The notes below the pieces were generated by a model that was not told the origin of the DNA, ran no database searches, and saw only the letters and a list, made by a program, of their open reading frames with translations. From positions 3,069-67,068 of the forward strand of contig JAYVZG010000038.1 of assembly GCA_043783565.1 (NCBI GenBank): a DNA stretch of 64,000 nucleotides, written 5' to 3'. Source of the DNA: Flavobacterium sp. GTDB taxonomy: Bacteria > Bacteroidota > Bacteroidia > Flavobacteriales > Flavobacteriaceae. The position numbers and the translations under genes are program-made. Positions 38,529-48,199 of the stretch are shown here, in pieces (positions within the stretch are counted from its first letter, which is position 1; each line of letters begins with the position of its first letter).

Positions 38529-40614
38529 ATTGGTTCAAATGAAATAAAAGAAATTCATAAAACACCGCTTTTTCTTCAATTCGGTTTTGGTAGGTGGAAA
38601 TCTTACCATAATGTCCAGAGTTACTCATTGTCTTCAAATAAATAGGATTCTTTTGCGCCGCTCTATTTTGTAATCTTCCAGCAAATTTATAGGAATGAAA
38701 TGGCGGAACTCGATCATCATTATCAGAAGTAATAATTAATGTAGTCGGATAATTGACATCTTCTTTAATGTTGTGAAAAGGAGAATAATTTAGTAAGTAC
38801 TTGAATTCCGCTTCATTTGCAGGATTTCCATATTCATCGTAATGATACTTCCCAATAGTAAATTTGTCAAATTGTATCATATCAAATGCACCCACTTTCG
38901 GAACAACCACTTTAAATAAGTCGGGACGTAGAGTCATTGCTACACCCACCAGAAGTCCTCCTTGTGATGCGCCAGTGATTGCCAATTTGTTTGGCGAAGT
39001 ATACTTTTCTGCAATTAAATACTCAGCTGCATCTATAAAATCGTTGAAACAATTCATTTTCTTTAGACCCATTCCGTTCTTATGCCATTTTCTCCCTTTT
39101 TCACCACCACCTCTAATTTCGGCATAGGCAAAAACACCACCTTTTTCTAAAAAATACAAGAGCCCGGTATCGTATGAAGGACCACTAACAACTCCAAAAC
39201 CACCATATGCTTTTAGAAGTGTAGGATTATTTCCGTCTAAAACCATCCCTTTTTTATAGATAATAGTAATCGGAATATCTTGGTTGTCCCTGCTTTTATA
39301 AGTAATGATTTTTGTTTCAAAATGATTGAATGGGAACAACGTTGGTTTCGGAGGAAGAAAATCATTAAAATAAGGATTGGATCGCCCCGTTTCTATATTT
39401 AAAGTATAATTCAGATAGGGAATTGTATAGGAATAGAAGGTAACGAACAATTCTTTAGTCTTTTCATTGAGAAAATTAACATTAAAATCCATTCCGTAAG
39501 GCACATCAAACCTCCTTACAAAACCTCCATCTTTGTCGTATACAATCAAATAATTATTACCTAGCGCCTTATACTTGCAAATAATATACTCTTCGTAGAA
39601 GGCGGAATCAACAAGCAAATTATTGTACAATTGAGACACCACTAATTTTTCATCAGTTCTATTATTGATATCAAACGAACGAATTTCACCCCAATCGGAT
39701 TCTTTAGAAGAAAAATAAATACGGCCATCTATATAATCTATAAAACGAAACCCACTAGTGTCATTATCAATATATTTTGTTAGTACAAATGGTTCTGTAT
39801 TTAAATTAGCATAGTAATAAGAGCTAGTAGTTTCATCTTTGCTTTCTTCCTCAATAAATAATTTTCCTTTCTTCGTTAGAAAATTAAGGTTACCTTCTGT
39901 TTTTGTAGCATCAAAAATAAGTTTATCTTCATTTTGAAGCGTACCAATTTTATGATAGAAAATCTGATAGGTTGAGTCTCTTGCAAAAGAATTGTTATTA
40001 CTATTTCGTTTGTAAAACACACCAGAATCATTGTTCCAAGCTACATTAGAAAATTTCACGTTGGTAAGAACATCTTCTAAATAATTATTAGGCTCTATCG
40101 TAACAAATCGGATTTCTTTTCTGTCACTTCCGTCGCTATTAATTTCATAAGCAATTTTTGCTGAATTTTTGGAAGGATAAAATGAAAAGATAGTAGCGTT
40201 TTCATCTTTAAAAACCTTAAATGGATCTACCAATTCAACAGCCTGTTCATTCAAGGTTTTTTTAAAACATAAAACCCCAGGTTTATTCTTTTGCATTCTA
40301 TAAACCCCATAAAAAAAAGCGCCTTTTTTCATCGGTAAACCATTACTAGAATAAGCATCATAGTCCTTTATTTTTGATGCGATATCGTACTTTTTCTCGA
40401 TTTCAGCGCTATGTAAGTTTATCACCTCGTTTTGAGCATTCGACCAATTGATAACTTCATTCTCTTTCATATTTTCCAACCAAGAATACTCATCTTGAAA
40501 AGCGATACCGTGCTTGGTTATAGTCTTAGGAACTTTTTTAGTAATTGGATATTGCTGAGAAAATCCCCAAAGGGTAAAAAAAAGCCAACCGAAAGTAAAA
40601 AAATGTTTTAGCAT
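38527..40614 (-). CDS. Prolyl oligopeptidase family (S9A) serine peptidase, exported
   Basis: Signal peptide; YGGF, IRGGGE, GASQGG (Ser), DDRV (Asp), SGH (His); -7 box at 40637-40644. Confidence 0.9.
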   Translation of the reverse strand: MLKHFFTFGWLFFTLWGFSQQYPITKKVPKTITKHGIAFQDEYSWLENMKENEVINWSNAQNEVINLHSAEIEKKYDIASKIKDYDAYSSNGLPMKKGAFFYGVYRMQKNKPGVLCFKKTLNEQAVELVDPFKVFKDENATIFSFYPSKNSAKIAYEINSDGSDRKEIRFVTIEPNNYLEDVLTNVKFSNVAWNNDSGVFYKRNSNNNSFARDSTYQIFYHKIGTLQNEDKLIFDATKTEGNLNFLTKKGKLFIEEESKDETTSSYYYANLNTEPFVLTKYIDNDTSGFRFIDYIDGRIYFSSKESDWGEIRSFDINNRTDEKLVVSQLYNNLLVDSAFYEEYIICKYKALGNNYLIVYDKDGGFVRRFDVPYGMDFNVNFLNEKTKELFVTFYSYTIPYLNYTLNIETGRSNPYFNDFLPPKPTLFPFNHFETKIITYKSRDNQDIPITIIYKKGMVLDGNNPTLLKAYGGFGVVSGPSYDTGLLYFLEKGGVFAYAEIRGGGEKGRKWHKNGMGLKKMNCFNDFIDAAEYLIAEKYTSPNKLAITGASQGGLLVGVAMTLRPDLFKVVVPKVGAFDMIQFDKFTIGKYHYDEYGNPANEAEFKYLLNYSPFHNIKEDVNYPTTLIITSDNDDRVPPFHSYKFAGRLQNRAAQKNPIYLKTMSNSGHYGKISTYQNRIEEKAVFYEFLLFHLNQ

Positions 40615-40719
40615 AAACTAAAGTTAAAGGTTGAAACAAATATAACGGGAATCCTTCATTAGATTTGACAGCATACAGAAATCTTTTGATTATTTTTGTT
40701 TCAAATAAAAACCAACAAC

Positions 40720-41157
40720 TTGCAACTAAAAGAACTTCATACCCTCGAAGAAATACTTTCTCATTTCGATGTTATTCAATTTTTGTATCCTAATCTCAGT
40801 ATCGAAAAATACGAAGCTTATTTAAAAGAAATGCTGCCACATAATTATGCGCAACTCGCAGTTTTTGATGAAGGAACTTGCATTGGTCTTACAGGGTTTT
40901 GGATAGGCTTCAAATTGTGGTCTGGAAAATATATAGAAATCGACAATTTTATTGTCCACCCTGATTATCGTCAAAAAGGTATCGGAAAAACAATGACCAA
41001 CTATCTCGACCAAAAAGCAAAAGATCTAGATTGTACTATGATTGTACTTGACGCTTTTACTGGAAACTTCAAAGCACATCGGTTCTATTATAATCAAGGA
41101 TACAGTCCTAAAGGATTTCATTTTGTAAAAATTATTAATGAGGAAAGTTTAACGTAA
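40720..41157 (+). CDS. GNAT family N-acetyltransferase
   Basis: VHPDYRQKGIG acetyl-CoA motif, N..AHRFY; TTG start 40720 preferred because a -7 box lies at 40691-40698. Confidence 0.85.
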   Translation: MQLKELHTLEEILSHFDVIQFLYPNLSIEKYEAYLKEMLPHNYAQLAVFDEGTCIGLTGFWIGFKLWSGKYIEIDNFIVHPDYRQKGIGKTMTNYLDQKAKDLDCTMIVLDAFTGNFKAHRFYYNQGYSPKGFHFVKIINEESLT

Positions 41158-41163
41158 ACAATC

Positions 41164-41649
41164 ATGAAACAATTTATAAGGATTAGTGGTTTTATTATAT
41201 TTCTTTTAAGTCTTACTTTCTGCTCTTCCCAAAAACAAATCACAACAAAAGCACCTCAAAAAATAGAGTCTGTCTATTATCAAGGTTGGATTGCTGGCCA
41301 AGAAATGGGAGGAAGAGGAATCAATGTGTTTTTAAAATTTGAAAACCAACTAGACAGTAAATTTGTATTAAAAAAAATGTATTTTCAAGATAAAGTAATC
41401 CACCTTGAAACGTCAAATACTACTTTATTCGTAGCGCGATTTTTCGAAAAACCTCCAAATCCTAATTTGATTTCAGACGAAAATGCTGAGTCAACAGTTA
41501 AAAACACAATTCCAAAATTATGTATCGGATTAAAGCCAAACGAAGCATTAGTTGAATATACCGAAAACAATACAACCCAATATTTCAAACTTGAAAACAT
41601 AGAAGAAAAAGAACTTATTGCTTATCCAAGCACAAGACCAAGAAATTAG
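41164..41649 (+). CDS. Hypothetical (probable lipo)protein
   Basis: Hydrophobic N-terminus ending ..LTFC; YYQGWIAG. Confidence 0.65.
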   Translation: MKQFIRISGFIIFLLSLTFCSSQKQITTKAPQKIESVYYQGWIAGQEMGGRGINVFLKFENQLDSKFVLKKMYFQDKVIHLETSNTTLFVARFFEKPPNPNLISDENAESTVKNTIPKLCIGLKPNEALVEYTENNTTQYFKLENIEEKELIAYPSTRPRN

Positions 41650-41676
41650 TTATTTTTACCTTTTAAATATGACAAT

Positions 41677-43143
41677 TTGAGTCTTTATAAAAATCTTTTC
41701 AAACAAACCGCTATCTATGGACTGGCAACTGTATTGCCTCGCATGTTTAGTTTTTTATTGGTTCCAATCTATACCGAATTGTTACCTAAAGCTGCTTATG
41801 GGAAAGTGTCTATTATCTTTTCATGGATGATTTTCTTTAATGTCCTATTGGCCTACGGAATGGAAACTGCTTTCTTCCGTTTCTATAACAAAGAATCCAA
41901 CAAAAAAAGTGTAGTAGAAACTACAACGGTTTCTATTTTTTGGTCAACAATATTGTTTTTATTCGTGTCACTTTTATTCCGAAATAGTTTAGCCAATTGG
42001 TCCGGAATAGACACACAATACATCACCTACACCATTTGGATATTAGTCCTAGACGCACTTGTTATTATTCCTTTTTCCAATCTTAGAGCCAATCAACATC
42101 CCATTTATTATTCTTGTATTAAAATCGGAAATGTAGTGGTCAATCTATTGCTAAACCTTTTTTTCTTACTTCTTTTACCGAAAATAGCACAATCCAATCC
42201 AACGGGTTTTCTTTCTGAATTCTATTTCGAAAATTTTCAAATAGGCTACATTTTTATCTCTAATATCATAGCGAGTTTTCTCACTTTCTTGGCATTATCA
42301 CCCAATTATTTTCAAATCAAATGGCAATTCGACTTTGATCTTTGGAAACGAATGATGCGCTATGGACTTCCAATTCTTGTAGCCGGTATTGCCTTCGCCA
42401 TCAACGAGCAATTCGATAAAATTCTACTCGGAAAACTATTGCCTTCCGACATCGCTGATTCCGAAGTAGGGGTCTATTCAGCATGCTACAAACTAGGGTT
42501 GTTTATGGTGCTTTTCCGAACCGCCTATACACTCGGAATAGAACCCTTCTTTTTTAGTCATGCCGATAAAGAAAACGCCACACAAACCTACGCCACCGTT
42601 ACAAAATACTTTGTCATTTTTGGGTCGTTTATACTTTTAACAGTAATTGTTTTTGCCGATCTTTTCAAATACCTTATGATTCGTGATGCCTCTTATTGGG
42701 AAGCCATGAAAGTCGTCCCGCTCATCATTCTCGCCAACTTCTTTCTGGGCATCTACACGAATCTTTCGGTTTGGTACAAACTCATCGATAAAACCTATAT
42801 TGGCGCCTACATTTCTATTATTGGCGCTGCAATAACGCTAGGACTCAATTTTCTATTGATACCAAAATTCAGCTATTACGGTTCCGCAATCGCCACCATT
42901 GCCGCGTACGGAAGTATGATGATCATTTCTTATATTATGGGAAACAAATACTATCCAATTCCGTATAACATGAAAAAAATTGGAGGCTATCTAAGCCTTT
43001 CAATTCTCTTTTCTACACTCTCTTTTTATTTTTTTAGAGAAAACTATTTTGTCGGGATTGCCTTATTATTGGCATTTTTATATTTCATTTATCACAACGA
43101 AAAAGAAACATTAACTCGAATTTTAAAACGGAAGTCGAATTAG
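41677..43143 (+). CDS. MOP-superfamily polysaccharide flippase-like protein
   Basis: YG....PR...FLLVP.YT, YGMETAFFRF, DK, about 14 TM segments; TTG start. Confidence 0.85.
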   Translation: MSLYKNLFKQTAIYGLATVLPRMFSFLLVPIYTELLPKAAYGKVSIIFSWMIFFNVLLAYGMETAFFRFYNKESNKKSVVETTTVSIFWSTILFLFVSLLFRNSLANWSGIDTQYITYTIWILVLDALVIIPFSNLRANQHPIYYSCIKIGNVVVNLLLNLFFLLLLPKIAQSNPTGFLSEFYFENFQIGYIFISNIIASFLTFLALSPNYFQIKWQFDFDLWKRMMRYGLPILVAGIAFAINEQFDKILLGKLLPSDIADSEVGVYSACYKLGLFMVLFRTAYTLGIEPFFFSHADKENATQTYATVTKYFVIFGSFILLTVIVFADLFKYLMIRDASYWEAMKVVPLIILANFFLGIYTNLSVWYKLIDKTYIGAYISIIGAAITLGLNFLLIPKFSYYGSAIATIAAYGSMMIISYIMGNKYYPIPYNMKKIGGYLSLSILFSTLSFYFFRENYFVGIALLLAFLYFIYHNEKETLTRILKRKSN

Positions 43144-43222
43144 GAGCTTGGATCCCGCTATTCGTTGCAATCTTTTGTGGCGAACAACGCCACAAAAGGA
43201 TTTCCACTACTATCGGGGCTAG
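43140..43222 (+). ncRNA. Structured repeated RNA element, copy 3 (probably Flavo-1 motif)
   Basis: TTAGGAGC.CCCGCTATTCGTTGCAATCTTTTGTGGCG-aacaa-CGCCACAAAAGGATTTCCACTACTATCGGGGCTAG; its TAG is the flippase stop codon. Confidence 0.75.
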
Positions 43223-43248
43223 GGCATTCGAATACAAAATAACACTAC

Positions 43249-43683
43249 ATGAAAATCAACATTATCAACAAATCACAGCACGATTTACCCAATTACGAAA
43301 CAATTGCTTCTGCCGGCATGGACCTACGGGCGAATCTCACCGAGTCCATAACCCTAAATCCGTTGGAAAGAACAATTGTAAAAACCGGTCTTTTTATCGA
43401 ATTACCTATCGGATACGAAGCACAAGTTCGCCCACGAAGCGGATTGGCTGCCAAAAAAGGAATAACAGTGCTCAACTCACCAGGAACTGTCGATGCAGAT
43501 TACCGAGGAGAAATAGGAGTCATATTGGTCAATCTGTCCAACGAACCTTTTGTCATCGAAAATGGCGAACGTATCGCACAACTCATCATCGCTCAACATG
43601 AACGAGCCGAATGGATTGAGGTCCAAGAACTCTCTCAAACATCTCGTGGTGAAGGCGGTTTTGGCAGTACGGGAGTGAAATAA
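43249..43683 (+). CDS. dut: dUTP diphosphatase
   Basis: [30 protein letters not shown]. Confidence 0.98.
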   Translation: MKINIINKSQHDLPNYETIASAGMDLRANLTESITLNPLERTIVKTGLFIELPIGYEAQVRPRSGLAAKKGITVLNSPGTVDADYRGEIGVILVNLSNEPFVIENGERIAQLIIAQHERAEWIEVQELSQTSRGEGGFGSTGVK

Positions 43684-43716
43684 ATTTGGTTAATAACCGT
43701 CTTAAAACAAACATAA

Positions 43717-43760
43717 AACATTGCAAACTTTGCGAAAAACTTTGCGAACTTTGCGGTAAA
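43717..43760 (+). repeat. Short tandem AACTTTGCG repeats
   Basis: AACATTGC-AAACTTTGCG-AAAAACTTTGCG-AACTTTGCG-GTAAA. Confidence 0.75.
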
Positions 43761-43771
43761 TTTTAATATCT

Positions 43772-44782
43772 ATGAAAATAATAGTTCCCATGGCTGGACG
43801 TGGTTCCAGATTAAGACCACACACGCTTACAGTTCCTAAACCTTTAATTCCAATTGCTGGAAAACCAATCGTACATCGTTTGGTAGAAGATATCGCAGGA
43901 GTTATCAATCAAGACATCGAAGAAATTGCCTTCATCATTCATAAAGATTTTGGAACTCAAGTTGAAAAAGACTTGGTTGCTATTGCCGAAAAATTAGGTT
44001 CTAAAGGCACCATCTATTATCAAAACGAAGCATTAGGAACCGCACACGCCATTATGTGCGCCAAAGAGAGCATGACAGGCCCTATTGTTGTAGCGTATGC
44101 AGATACTTTGTTTCGAGCTGATTTTACTTTAGACACATCCGCAGATAGCGTAATTTGGGTAAAACAAGTGGAAGACCCAAGTGCTTTTGGTGTGGTGCAA
44201 CTAAACGAGAACAATCAAATTGTAGATTTCGTTGAAAAACCAAAAGACTTTGTTTCGGATTTAGCAATTATCGGTATTTATTATTTCAAATCAGGGGAAG
44301 CTTTACGCTCTGAATTACAATATTTATTAGATAATAATGTTGTTAAAGGTGGCGAGTACCAATTGACCGATGGTTTAGAAAACATGAAAGTAAAAGGCCT
44401 CAAATTCGTTCCCGGAAAAGTTGACGAATGGATGGATTGTGGAAACAAAAATGTTACTGTAGAAACCAATTCTAGAATGTTAGATTTCTTACATCAAGAC
44501 GGAGAAAACTTAGTACATTCTTCAGTGATCTTAGAACATTCAACGATTATTCCGCCTTGTTTTATCGGTGAAGACGTGATTTTGATTAATGCTACAGTAG
44601 GTCCAAATGTATCTTTAGGCAAAGGTTCTCATGTTTGTGATTCAAAAATCAAAAACAGTTTGGTGCAAAACCACTCTCATATAAAGAATGCGAATTTAGA
44701 CAACGCAATGATAGGAAGCCATGCTAGTTTTAATGGAAATTTCACTAGTATAAGTATTGGAGATTATTCTGTTTTAGAATAG
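43772..44782 (+). CDS. Sugar-phosphate nucleotidyltransferase
   Basis: PMAGRGSRLRP.T...PKPL, VEKP, C-terminal LbH repeats. Confidence 0.9.
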   Translation: MKIIVPMAGRGSRLRPHTLTVPKPLIPIAGKPIVHRLVEDIAGVINQDIEEIAFIIHKDFGTQVEKDLVAIAEKLGSKGTIYYQNEALGTAHAIMCAKESMTGPIVVAYADTLFRADFTLDTSADSVIWVKQVEDPSAFGVVQLNENNQIVDFVEKPKDFVSDLAIIGIYYFKSGEALRSELQYLLDNNVVKGGEYQLTDGLENMKVKGLKFVPGKVDEWMDCGNKNVTVETNSRMLDFLHQDGENLVHSSVILEHSTIIPPCFIGEDVILINATVGPNVSLGKGSHVCDSKIKNSLVQNHSHIKNANLDNAMIGSHASFNGNFTSISIGDYSVLE

Positions 44783-44788
44783 TAACAT

Positions 44789-46129
44789 ATGAATAAAATT
44801 GTTTTTACACTTTTCTTTGGAATCCTATTTTCCACATCGCTTTTGGCTCAAACCGAACCAGATGCTATTGCTTTGGCGGATGATGAATTTCAAAATGCGT
44901 TCTACGAATCTTTGTTACAAAAAGGAATCGAAAACTACGATAAAGCGATTACGGCACTTGAAAAATGTAAAAAATTAGAACCCAATAATGATGTGGTTTT
45001 CTTTGAAATGGGCAAAAATTATTTAGCGCAAAAGAACTATAAAGACGCTTATGATTCTTTCGAAAAAGCGACTAAAATTAATTCACAAAACAAATGGTAT
45101 TGGGTCGGGATGTATGATGTTTGTTATGAAACCAAAGATTTCACTCAAGCCATTGTTATTGTCACCAAGTTGATTGAATTTAAGAAAGAATACAAAGAAG
45201 ATTTGGTTTCATTGTATATGAATACACAACAATTTGATAAAGCACTGGCATTGATAAATGATCTCAATGATACGGTTGGGAAATCAGATCAAAGAGAAAA
45301 TTATAAAACACAAATTCTAAGAGAATCTAAATTTCAGAATGCTGAAAGAGACAATCTAATCGCTCAGATTAAAAAATATCCTAAAGAAGAATCCAATTAT
45401 GTTGCCTTGATATTTCTCTATTCGGAAAATAATCAAGAAGACAAAGCTTTAGAAATCACGAAACAACTTGAAAAAGAAATCCCTACTTCAGACTGGGCTC
45501 AGGTGAGTTTGTTTAAATATCATTTGAACAATAATGATGGAGCCAACGGAGTCCAATCAATGAATAAAGTATTGGCTAGTTCTAAAATTGATTCTAAAAT
45601 TAAACACCGAATGCTCAATGAGTTTCTGATTTTTATCAAAGACAATCCCGAATTTGATGCAGATTTAGAAAAGGCTATTTCTTATTTTGATTCCGATAAA
45701 GAAGTGAAAGTAGCTAAAGAAATTGGGAAGTTTTATCATAACAAATCCAATTGGGATAAAGCAATCAAGTATTACGAAATGCATCTCAAAAGCAATTCGG
45801 AAGATATTGAAACGCAATTATTATTACTACAAATCTATACTGAAAAGCTACAGTTTGATGTTTTGGCTAAAAAATCTGAAAGTTTGCAAGAATTGTTTCC
45901 TTCTCAACCACAATTTTATTATTATGCAGGCTTGGCATATAATCAATTGGGGCAATTTAAAAAGGCAAAAGACAGTCTTGAGTCTGGGTTAGATTATGTT
46001 GTAGACGATATTGCATTAGAAATTAATTTCAACATTCAACTTGGGGAAGCATGCGCTGGATTAGGCGATCTGAAAAAGAAAGAAAACTATTTCTTAAAAG
46101 CGGATGCCTTAATGAAACAAAAAAAGTAA
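44789..46129 (+). CDS. Exported TPR protein
   Basis: Signal peptide and multiple TPR-like repeats. Confidence 0.85.
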   Translation: MNKIVFTLFFGILFSTSLLAQTEPDAIALADDEFQNAFYESLLQKGIENYDKAITALEKCKKLEPNNDVVFFEMGKNYLAQKNYKDAYDSFEKATKINSQNKWYWVGMYDVCYETKDFTQAIVIVTKLIEFKKEYKEDLVSLYMNTQQFDKALALINDLNDTVGKSDQRENYKTQILRESKFQNAERDNLIAQIKKYPKEESNYVALIFLYSENNQEDKALEITKQLEKEIPTSDWAQVSLFKYHLNNNDGANGVQSMNKVLASSKIDSKIKHRMLNEFLIFIKDNPEFDADLEKAISYFDSDKEVKVAKEIGKFYHNKSNWDKAIKYYEMHLKSNSEDIETQLLLLQIYTEKLQFDVLAKKSESLQELFPSQPQFYYYAGLAYNQLGQFKKAKDSLESGLDYVVDDIALEINFNIQLGEACAGLGDLKKKENYFLKADALMKQKK

Positions 46130-46896
46130 TGTATAAATATTTTCTAATAGTAGTTGTTGGAGTGTTATTTTCATGTAAGTCAAAAGCTGTTTTGGTGGAA
46201 GGAAAAGCAAAAAATGCATTGTCTTCAGATGCAATCATCTCCAATCATTATCACAATAAAAAAGAGTTTTCAACGCTGTATATAAAATCTAATGCCCATT
46301 ATGAAGATAAAAAACAAAGCCAAAGAGTAACGGCTGAAATCAAGATAAAAAAAGACGAGATCATTTTAATTAGTATTCGATTTATTGGGATTACAATGGC
46401 TAAAGCGTTAATTACGCCAACTAAAGTGCAGTATTACGAGAAGATAAACAACAGTTTTTTCGAAGGAGATTATTCTACTTTGAGTCGATGGTTGGGAAGT
46501 GATTTGGACTTTAATAAAGTACAAAACATGTTGTTAGGAGAAGCTTTAGACGACTTAAATAAAGGAAAATTTACGGCTAATATTGTGGATCAAATGTTTA
46601 AACTAGAAGATAGTACAGATGTAAATACGAAGAAATCTTATTTTTTTGAATCTGAAAAATATTTAATTAAAAAACAACAAATTTCACAAAAAGAGCAAGA
46701 TCGAACGTTACAAATTGTCTATCCTAATTATTCAGATTTTAATCAAATAGCAATGCCAACCAACATTATTATTGATGCTGTTCAAAATAAAGAAACAACC
46801 AATATAACAATCGATTATAATACGATTACTTTCAATGAAGATCTTTCTTTTCCGTATAGTGTTCCGGAAGGATATGAACAAATTTTTATTAACTAG
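46129..46896 (+). CDS. DUF4292 lipoprotein
   Basis: Start MYKYF via TAATG overlap; lipobox LFSC; C-terminal FPYSVPEGY. Confidence 0.8.
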   Translation: MYKYFLIVVVGVLFSCKSKAVLVEGKAKNALSSDAIISNHYHNKKEFSTLYIKSNAHYEDKKQSQRVTAEIKIKKDEIILISIRFIGITMAKALITPTKVQYYEKINNSFFEGDYSTLSRWLGSDLDFNKVQNMLLGEALDDLNKGKFTANIVDQMFKLEDSTDVNTKKSYFFESEKYLIKKQQISQKEQDRTLQIVYPNYSDFNQIAMPTNIIIDAVQNKETTNITIDYNTITFNEDLSFPYSVPEGYEQIFIN

Positions 46897-46914
46897 CGCT
46901 CAAAATTACGCACG

Positions 46915-48177
46915 ATGTCTAAATATATTTTAAGCCTTTTATTTGTATTAATTTCCTCATTTATGTGGGGACAACTAACGCCACAAGAAAAACTCGAACA
47001 ACGTAAATCTCAAATTTTACGGGAAATAAAAGAGAAAGAAGACCAATTGAAAAATGTTCAATCAAAAGAGAAAACGGTAAAAACACAACTTAAAATTCAA
47101 ACCGAAAAGATTAAACTCAAAGAAAATCTGATTCATACAACCGAGAAACAAACCAAATTGTTAAACAATGATATGTATATCAATCAGATCAATATCAATC
47201 GTCTTAAAAAAGAATTGGTTTTATTGAAAGTAGATTATTCTAAAATGATTTCAAAATCCTATAAAAGCCGCTCAGAACAAAGTAGAGCGATGTTTTTATT
47301 GTCTTCAGAAAGTTTTCTTCAAGCGTATAAAAGAGCTCAATACATGAAGCAATATGCTAGCTATCGAAAAACTCAAGGTGCCGAAATTCAAGAAAAAACT
47401 CTAGATTTAGAAGGTTTTAATCAAATAATTGGCGTTCAAAAAACAGAAAAGCAAAAATTAATTGTAGAAAACGAGAAAGAAAAAACGGAATTAGAGAAAG
47501 AGAAACAAATTCAACAAGAATTAGAAAAAGCAATCAAAAAGGATAAGAAACAGATTGTTGCCGAGATCAAGAAAAAACAGCAAGAAACCAGAGCGATTGA
47601 TAATCAAATTGAAAAATTATTAAAAGCAGCAATTGCCGCAGCTAATAAAAAAACAGCAACAGCGGTAGCAAAAGCCAATCCTAAAACAACAACTGCAGCA
47701 GCCACTAAAGCTACTGAGACCTCTGCTAAAATTGTATTAACCTCAGAAGGACAATTAATCGCGAATAATTTTAAAGCCAATAAAGGGAAATTGCCTTGGC
47801 CAGTAGAAAAAGGATTTGTTTCTTTGGGCTATGGAGATCAAGCACACCCAGTATATAAAACACTCTTTGTTCATAATAGTGGCGTTGAAATTACAACAGA
47901 TCAAGGCGCAAATGCAAGAGCTGTTTTTGGTGGCGAAGTAATAAGCGTCATGATATTATCTCCAGTAAATAAAGCAGTGATGATTCAACACGGGGATTAT
48001 TTCACGGTATATCAGAATTTGAGCAGCGTTAGTGTTAGTAAGGGAGACAAAGTTTCGACCAAACAACCTATAGGTAAAATTCGAACAAGTGGTGACACAG
48101 GCAAAACCGTTTTAAAGTTTACGATTTCTCAAAACACAACGTATAGTAATCCAGCCAGTTGGTTGTTTAATATGTAA
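46915..48177 (+). CDS. envC: Murein hydrolase activator EnvC family (coiled coil plus degenerate M23)
   Basis: KGKLPWPV; NSGVEI and YQNL in place of the Zn ligands. Confidence 0.8.
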   Translation: MSKYILSLLFVLISSFMWGQLTPQEKLEQRKSQILREIKEKEDQLKNVQSKEKTVKTQLKIQTEKIKLKENLIHTTEKQTKLLNNDMYINQININRLKKELVLLKVDYSKMISKSYKSRSEQSRAMFLLSSESFLQAYKRAQYMKQYASYRKTQGAEIQEKTLDLEGFNQIIGVQKTEKQKLIVENEKEKTELEKEKQIQQELEKAIKKDKKQIVAEIKKKQQETRAIDNQIEKLLKAAIAAANKKTATAVAKANPKTTTAAATKATETSAKIVLTSEGQLIANNFKANKGKLPWPVEKGFVSLGYGDQAHPVYKTLFVHNSGVEITTDQGANARAVFGGEVISVMILSPVNKAVMIQHGDYFTVYQNLSSVSVSKGDKVSTKQPIGKIRTSGDTGKTVLKFTISQNTTYSNPASWLFNM

Positions 48178-48199
48178 TTTAATTTTAAATTAATATCTT

